From assembly GCA_964016885.1 (NCBI GenBank), contig OZ024743.1:366234001-366298000 (forward strand): a DNA stretch of 64,000 nucleotides, read 5' to 3'. This document shows, piece after piece, positions 55,568 through 64,000 of the stretch. Within the stretch, counting starts at the first letter, position 1; each line of letters opens with the position of its first letter. Both the position numbers and the translations under genes were made by a program. The DNA comes from Eledone cirrhosa. Its lineage: Eukaryota. Under the pieces are notes generated by a model. It was not told where the DNA came from, did no database searches, and saw only the letters and a program-made list of their open reading frames with translations.

Positions 55568-55763
55568 CCTTTTAGCATTTAAACCGGCCAAATCTGGCCA
55601 GAATTCTCTCACCTCTTTCAGTTCAAACCAGCTGTAACTGGCTGCTCATACTGATGTTAAGGTATTGTTCTTAAAATAAATAATATCAAAATCTCATAGA
55701 TACGATATTATGTGAGGTAAAGCCTTTACCATGAAAATATATAGTAATGTAAATGCTAAAGGG
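55568..55763 (+). mobile_element. piggyBac-like MITE
   Basis: TTAA TSD on both sides; TIR CCTTTTAGCATTTA / TAAATGCTAAAGGG. Confidence 0.88.
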
Positions 55764-57062
55764 TTAATGTTATATATCTGTAGTCCAACAGTTATATTAC
55801 ATAAGTGCAACTATCCCTTATTTATATTACATTATGTTAAATAATATCAACTGCCAACAACCAGCATGTAGCTACTACTGTCCAGTACACCTACAGGGGT
55901 ATCACTCTGTCTCCCTTCATACTCTTATCCATTACTCTTCTAATTTTCAACCTCCTGACCAATGCACGTCCCTCTCCCTCTAATCACACTCTCTAGGTTT
56001 GCTGTCAAAGGACAGAGTAAGGGAGGACTTCTTAGTATCCTCGAGGACAAAGCCACCTCTCTAGTGTTGGTGCTATGATGCTTGATTCAAGCCAAATGTA
56101 AGTATTTTAGTAATCAGTTCTAAATAGATATAATTTATGCATAGGTTCCAGGTATATATATGATGTAGTAACAAATACATGGTGTATTTTCAAGTAACAG
56201 GACAGAATGAAATAACTAAAATTTGAGGCAGGTAGTTTCCTTCAAAATTGTATGCTGTTGCTAACAGGCCTACCTGCCTCCTTTGCACTCTGTGATCATG
56301 CAACAAGCAATAAATGTATACTTGGTTTTGAATAATGTAATAATTAATAGTAAAGCAAACACCACTTCTTCAACTTCTTCATGTGTCAGAATTGTTGACC
56401 AATCAGAAGATAGCATTCAGTTTCTGCCTAACATATTGTACAGCAATGTTTACAGCACACTTACTAAACTGCTTTTTTTACTGAATGTTCATGCAGTTAT
56501 ATTTAGCCATTTCAATTCAAACAAACCCCAATCCCATGTAACATTGTAAACTGTATGTGGCTTTGACAAATTTACAAACATGAATTCCTTGGCACTTTGA
56601 AAAAGAAATTCTTAATATCATGAATGGAAGATTAGGAGGTAGTGTAGGAGGGTTAACAGGGTGTTTGAGAAAATAGACTTAACTCACATAGACCAAATAT
56701 GGAACAAAGTCAACAGATTGTGCTCCAAAAGAGATGAAATATAGAACAAGGTCAACAGATTTTCTTTTATATTATCTTCAAATGGATCAAGTATACAGCT
56801 ATGCCATCAAAATGTAACTTTAGTCTTCTTTTAAATGAGTTAATTATGGGTCAAAGTTAATGAATATTCATATGACTTAACTTTGAATGCTTTAACAGAT
56901 TAATAGTGACACAACAAAACAATAGATCTGAATAAATCTTATTCATGTCCAACATGGGATTGTTGTTAAGACATTGTATGCAGTTTTTATGTAAGCCATT
57001 GTTAAATGACTAAATATGGAATGACAAATGTTCAATTATTTATTATCTATATATAATTATAT

Positions 57063-57285
57063 GCAGTGAATTGACAGAGTTGTTAGAGATTAGTACAAAA
57101 CATATTGCAGCTTTTGTTCTCTGCACACTGAGTTCAAATCTCACTGAGGTCAACTTCATCTTTAATCCTTTCGGTGAGTGATAAATAAAGAACCAGTCCA
57201 GGGAAATGAATTGGCAAAATTGTTTGTGAGACGAGATGCCTTGTGGTATTTCTTCTTGTCTTTTGAATTATAAATTCAAACATTC
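57063..57285 (+). mobile_element. two old SINE family A copies in tandem
   Basis: gaattgacagagttgttagag..ctgagttcaaatc..gaggtcaactt; second head at ~57205. Confidence 0.65.
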
Positions 57286-57405
57286 TGTAACCTACATGAC
57301 TGGTAGACTTAATCCATTATCTGGTTTAACACCACCACGTGGCCCTTGGGTAAATTTAATAGAGTTCACTCTGTTACAAACAATTGTACTGGGTCTCTGA
57401 TTTAA

Positions 57406-57636
57406 CCCCTTAGCATTCACATTACTCTATATATACTATTATATTTTCATGGTAAATGCTTTGCCTCACATAATTATCTCACGTAATTATCTCACATAAT
57501 ATCGAATCTGAGATTTTGAAAGTATTTATTTTGAGAACAATACCTTAACATCAGTATGAGTGGCCAGTTACAGCCAGTTTCAACAGAAAGAGGTAGAGAA
57601 TTCTGGCCAGTTTTGGCCGGTTTGAACACTAAAGGG
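57406..57636 (-). mobile_element. piggyBac-like MITE, opposite orientation to 55568-55763
   Basis: TTAA TSDs; CCCCTTAGCATT / CACTAAAGGG ends; body is the reverse match. Confidence 0.85.
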
Positions 57637-57651
57637 TTAAGGATACTGTCT

Positions 57652-57833
57652 TTGAGGCCTGAAAAGGATCAACAGTATTGCCTTCTATGAGGCCCTGAAA
57701 AGGATCAACAGTATTGCTCTTCTATGAGGCCCTGAAAAGGATCAACAGTATTGCCCTTCTATGAGGCCCTGAAAAGGATCAACAGTATTGCCCTTCTATG
57801 AGGCCCTGAAAAGGATCAACAGTATTGCTCTTC
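57652..57833. repeat. 37-bp tandem repeat, 5 copies
   Basis: TATGAGGCCCTGAAAAGGATCAACAGTATTGCYCTTC, no spacers. Confidence 0.97.
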
Positions 57834-58817
57834 CCTCCTTGACAAAATACAGTAAAAGAAAAAGAAATATTGGAGTTGAAACTACCACAACAGCAATGTA
57901 TTTCCAGCCTTCCTAGAGTTGGTGCCATGATAAAGTAAACCCAGTACACTCTGGAGAGGGGTTGGTGTTAGGAAGGACATCCAAACATAAAATTGAGAGG
58001 ATTCTTCAGTAGTGTCAAGAGTACAACCTTCCTAATGCTGGATCTCTGATAAAATGCACCAACTATGCTCTGTAAAGTGTGGCAAGATGTGGCTCTTGGC
58101 CTGTCTCAATGAATGTTGACTTGGTCTGTGATAGCCCCAAAAAGGACATCAAATGATGATGATGATAAAGTCACATACAACAAAAGAAAAAGTAACCATC
58201 ACTTTGTGTATGCTATTATTTTTTTGCAGATATTTATGACTGGATGCTGTTCCTGTCACCAATCATTTTACGGCACATTTAATCATGCTACTGGCATTAG
58301 AGAGGGTCTGAACTGTCTCTTCTCTCTTATGTTAGTTTTGTTCATACCATTTTGTTTAGCATGACTGGAAAAATGTTATGGTAATAAGAGGTCTGTCTCT
58401 GTATATGCGTGTGTGCGTGTATGAGGTGGGGTGGAAGGAGTTAAGTATAATGGTACTCCTGTCTAGGTTGTCAGGATCAGTGAAGGAGTGTGTAGAAAGT
58501 ATACTGGACAACTATTGCTTTAGTCATTGTGTCATGTGTGAAGTAATATAATTATATGGTTCATATTTAAAATCAAATTGTTCTTTCTTAGAAACATAGA
58601 ATTATTTAAGAACAATACATAGAAAACAAATAAATGGATAAATAAATAAATAAATATGACATCTTAACACTATAATAGCTGCCAGTGTTCAGAAGTTTCC
58701 ATCTGTCAGCTGAAAAAAAAATGAAATGTACAGCTTACATTTAGCTGGCTGCCAACAAGACTGCATCTCATAGGTTTCTTAGATGTTTTAATAAGGGCAG
58801 CAGTCCTATCATAAAAA

Positions 58818-58935
58818 GCAACATGAAATGAAATATTTTGCTCAAGAATACAATACCTTGTTCAGTCCTGAAATCAAACCCGTAGCCTTGTGTTCGTGAG
58901 TCCAATACATTAACCACAAGGCCATGTGCCTTCAC
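58818..58935 (-). mobile_element. old SINE family B head/core
   Basis: ttgctcaagaatacaa..gaaatcaaaccc..taaccacaaggccatgtgcc. Confidence 0.7.
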
Positions 58936-60058
58936 ATCTATCAGCTTGTGGTTTTTATGAGAAATATCTGAAGTATACCTTATGTCTGCAGGTTCAGGCC
59001 AGGTATAAAATGCCAGTCCCATTTCAAAAGAGAATAAGACCAGGCTAGATGTGAAATGTAAGCATAATTTCAAATAATTTAAGTATTTTAAGAATTTTTT
59101 AATTACTTGTAATGTAACAGAAGAAAATAAAAGAAGTGTTTATATAAAAAGGAAAATATATTGAAAGATGTTATATCGATCTGTGGTATCAGGAATTCTT
59201 TATCCAAGCATATTTAACAAATCTGCTATTAAATATTATGTTGTTCTTTTTCTTGGAAGAATAAACATGTTTCCATTTCTTATGCCTTGTTTTGCCATTT
59301 CTTATGCCTTGTTAGTGCAGACATTCTCACTACCTATGTATAGTTTTTTTTGTTTTCTTTACTCTTCCTTCTCTCTTGTTTTACTCTCTAAATTCATAGT
59401 ACTTTTTTCGCCTCTTGCCCTCTCTATATTGATATTACTTTTCTCACTTCATCCTCTCTACATATTTATTACTCTTTCTTCCTCTCCGTCTTTCTCTTTT
59501 ACATGTAATACATTGTCATTTAGATGTGATAGATGTGTATTGTTTGTTAGATTTCATATCATTAGATTTTCTTAGAATCAGAAAGAAACCTGCTTTCTCT
59601 CTGACATGAGTAGTTTTCATAGTTATTCAGGTAAAGCTAATATATTATGTATATCATGAGAACTTTACCGTAAGGATGTATATTTTATGTATGTGAATGT
59701 GTTTGATATACCTAGGTATATGTAAGTATGCACAAACTCTCCTACACATACAGAAAGGGAAAACAACACTGTAAGAGTTTTAGAGCTTCTTTGTCCAGGT
59801 ATGGACAGTAAGTACAGCATAAAAAATTAAAAAAATAGAATTAAAAATAGATATACACACATATCACATTTGTATTGTATATGTAAAGTGGTTGGTGTAA
59901 GGGAAAGCATCCAGCTGTAGACATTATGGCAAACAAAGGGTTAAGAGGACTCTTCAGTTTTGTCTAGAACATAATAACATAGTGTAAAATACCAGAACAC
60001 ATATTGCAAGGCACCTTATCCAATCTTCTAATAATTCCACCAATTTATTGCTCTAGAC

Positions 60059-60313
60059 CATGCATGGGCAATTTTTTTCGAGAAGCGGGTCACAAACGCT
60101 AATTTACATTCGTACCCACATTTAAAAAAAGGGCTCACTCAGGTTGTTTTGATTTTTTTTTTTTCTTCAGAATTCGTACACATTGTTTTCCTCGATCATA
60201 AAAATGATAGAAAGATAAATTATGACTGAAAAGTTTGGATTAAAAAAATCAGAAAGATTTCACTTAGGGGAGCCATTCAGAAAGCTTTGCGGGCCACAGG
60301 TTGCCCATGACTG
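60059..60313. mobile_element. hAT-like MITE
   Basis: TIR CATGCATGGGCAA / TTGCCCATGACTG; 8-bp TSD CTCTAGAC / CTCTACAC. Confidence 0.85.
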
Positions 60314-60425
60314 CTCTACACTTATACTTTATTTGCTATCTTCAAAAGATGAAATGTAAAGTGGGATTTCAACTTAGAGAGAGTAAAGATTCTATCTGAC
60401 CTCCTACAACTCTGCCAATTTCCCA

Positions 60426-61054
<629 letters not shown>

Positions 61055-61074
61055 TTATGTGTGTGTGTGTAAAT

Positions 61075-61520
61075 CCTGAGTACACAAAGGGAAGATGCAC
61101 AGGGATAATTGAGGGGAAGAGCATCAATGATATAAACCTTTTTCAATCATATGATGGATACATAGAAGTGGTTGATAGCTTCTGCTATCTAGGTGACTTA
61201 ATTAGCAGCAAAGGAGGGTGATCTGAGAGCATAATAGCTAGAATAAGGACAGAATGGAAGACGTTCTCCCTGTGTACAAAAGGTCAACTGTATGACGTAC
61301 AATACTGCATGGTAGTGAAACATGGGCAATAGCTACAAAGGACTTGCGTAGACTCGAGAAAAATAAAGCCATCATGCTTCATTGGATGTACAATATAAAT
61401 GTGAGAGAAAAACAGAGCTTAGATTAACTGAGGGAGAAACTGAGCTAAAGAAGAATCCAAAGTGGTGTACAAGAGAAAAGACTGCATTGGAATGGATATG
61501 TGGTGCACATAGATGATGAT
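61075..61520 (+). mobile_element. RTE LINE C-terminal fragment
   Basis: IEVVDSFCYLGDLISS, LHGSETWA, RLHWNGYVV. Confidence 0.85.
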
Positions 61521-62257
61521 TTCTGTCTTAAACTCCTCTGTTATAGCCTGCAGTATGATAATAAACAGGAGAGGGCTAAGAACAGAGCCCTGATTGACAC
61601 CATCCTGTGCTAAATTCCTTGCTCCCCTATACATGGCATGTACAGCCTTCACAAGCCACTCATCTACTCCAAGTTTTCTAAGAGCCCACCTAATTATGGC
61701 ATTTGGCACACTGGCAAAAGCTTTATCCAGATCAACAAATGCCAGGTAGAGTGGCTTACTTTTAGCTAGGTACTTTTTCTGCAGCTGCTTCACCAGAAAG
61801 AGAACATCTGTAGTGCTTTACCTGGCACAAGTCCAAACTGCATCTCATCTAGATTAACCCGGTCCCTCTCTTTCTCTTTCTGTTACTTTCATGACCTGGT
61901 CCACCAGCTTGATTCCTTTATAGCTTCATCTATCTAGTGCATTTCTTTTACCCTTGTAGCAGCTGACAATGATGTTGCTGTGCCAATCATTTGGTATGAC
62001 ACCATCTAGTATTACTTGGTTTACAATACGTGTGGTCAAGGTATCACCTACCGACCCAGGTGCTTTCAGCATTCCCGATGGACTGGCTGCTTTCCCAATC
62101 TTTATATCCTTAATTGCCTTACTTACTACACTGCTGCTGACCTGTACAGCTGGGCCCTCTGTAGGATCCACTTGGGGTAGGGTCATTTTTTCCCATGAAT
62201 TCTCCTCATTTAGTAATCTTTCAAAATGGCTCTTCCACACACCTTTCCTTTTGGCAT
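61521..62257 (-). mobile_element. RTE LINE RT fragment, inverted relative to its neighbour
   Basis: WKSHFERLLNEEN, CYKGK, YLAFVDLDKAF, QGSVLSPLLFIIILQAITEEFK. Confidence 0.9.
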
Positions 62258-63569
62258 CATCATCGTTTAACCTCTATCTTCCACGCTAGCATTATTCATT
62301 TATTTATTTATTTATTTATATATCATATATATATATATATATTTATTGATTTATTTATATATATATCATATATATTTATTTATTTATTTATATATATATC
62401 ATATATTTATTTATTTATATATATATGTATTATTTATTTATATATATATCATATATATATATAATGTTTGTTTATAATTCTTATTTTTGATATTTATGTT
62501 GTGTAACATAAGAAAAGGCGTCTTGCAGAAAAAATAAGTAACCATTGAATTTTCTAAACCTTTTTTGCATTTCTGTCTCTACAAGTATGGTATATTTAAG
62601 TTTGTGTGTGAGTATAGTATTACTGGTATTTATTTTCAGTAAGATATCTCTAGGAAATGTAATATGGTGTTTTGCCTGAGGGATGCAACATCATAACTGT
62701 GATACCATTTTCAAACAGTAACCTATATAGCACAAATTTATCTTTAGTTGTTTGCAATATTTTATTCCCATTTCTGTACTTGGTGAAGAGCTCAAGTTAG
62801 AAATTTAACTAAACATATGTTACAAAGAAAACCTCCTTCCTCCAATATTTTCATCATCATCTTTTTTGCATCCGTTTCTCTATGCTTGCATGGGTTAGAC
62901 AGAGGACTGATGTCGTACAATAGCACACATCATTGGGCACTCCCTGGAACCATTTGTTGTCTTTAATCTCAATGCTAAAATTCAATGCATAAACTGAATG
63001 GGTTTTTGTTTATAGTAAACATCATAATCATAATTTTTATGTCTGCATTTTTCATGCTGGTTTGTGTTAGATGGGACATTTGGGGCAGTCTTTTACAGCT
63101 AGATGCCCTTCCTAATCCCAAATACTTTAGTTACCTCTTAGAACATGAAGGTATAAACTGTGGATAAAAAACAAATAAACAATGTGAAAAATATCCCTTT
63201 TATCCTTCATGCATTGCTGTTAGCAATCAATAGTAAACATATTACAATTTATGTTCTGTATATGGTGTTTATGGAAGCCCTGTTCAGTCATGACTGACCA
63301 ACTTCCTCTACCAGGTGCAAGCCTGAGGCCTAGGCAAGTTATTTTTGTGAGATACTAGCAGTCACCCATGCATGCAAGCCTCCTTCTCTCCATGCTATTA
63401 ATGTTGTCAAGAGAAAATAAAAGGCTGGTACTATTTGGCACAGCTCATTTTTTCCAGTTGAGTGTACTAGAGCAATGTGAAATAAAGATTTATTATATCT
63501 ATGTATGAATATTTTTTTTGTAATACGACCTATCTATGTATTACTCCCTACATTATTTTAAAAGAAGAA

Positions 63570-63820
63570 TCATCACCATCATATTATATGCATTTTCCAT
63601 ATTGGCCTGGGTTGGGAAAGTTGTCGTGTTGAGACTAGACAAGGCAGATGACCATGTCTTATATGTCACGTTTTCTACAATTGAATGTTCTTACTAATGC
63701 CAACCATTTTATAGCATGTACTGAGTTCATTTTATCATGGATTAGCAGTACTTTACAGAGTGAACTGTGTGCATTTTATCATGACACCAGCACTATGACT
63801 TTATAGAGTAGGCCTGGTAT
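63570..63820 (-). mobile_element. old RTE 3' UTR fragment
   Basis: diverged reverse match to 620-885. Confidence 0.6.
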
Positions 63821-63877
63821 ATTGTATTTAGCTACTTATTTTTATTCCTTATAATATCTATTTTTGTTTCTAAAGAC

Positions 63878-64000
63878 AATAATTGTTTCTACTTTTGACA
63901 CAAGGCCAGCAATTACTGGTGTATTACTGGTACTTTATTTTATCGACCCCATAAGGATGAAAGGCAAAGTTAACCTCGGCAGGATTTGAACTCAGACCGT
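63878..64000 (-). mobile_element. SINE family A, cut by the window end
   Basis: reverse match to the family A 3' half. Confidence 0.9.

Noticed and set aside
57652-57833. 37-bp repeat as a CRISPR array
   Set aside because: Units are contiguous with no spacers; eukaryotic context, no cas genes

Overview
AT-rich eukaryotic (animal) genomic DNA made almost entirely of repeats. The microsatellite load and SINE/RTE families look like a mollusc, most likely an octopus; this is inferred from repeat content, not tested. No intact protein-coding gene is recognisable, and nearly all long ORFs are microsatellite or retroelement artefacts. Contents: (i) a 5'-truncated, frameshifted Penelope-like element (RT + GIY-YIG, ~4424-7610) with a hammerhead-like fold at its 3' end; (ii) many RTE-clade LINE fragments, including two near-identical young copies in inverted orientation and a PHD-type finger inside ORF2; (iii) at least three tRNA-derived SINE families, one carrying the RTE 3' tail; (iv) hAT-, Tc1/mariner- and piggyBac-like MITEs, some nested; (v) minisatellites, one with a 169-bp higher-order repeat; (vi) a ~200-bp-arm inverted repeat; (vii) candidate spliced exons, mostly on the minus strand and apparently non-coding. 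The best leads are two type-I hammerhead-like RNAs with a greatly expanded stem II and the same palindromic AAUU loop III (7475-7587 +, 45408-45500 -), and the long fold-back at 54074-54500. All coordinates and similarity estimates were made by eye.
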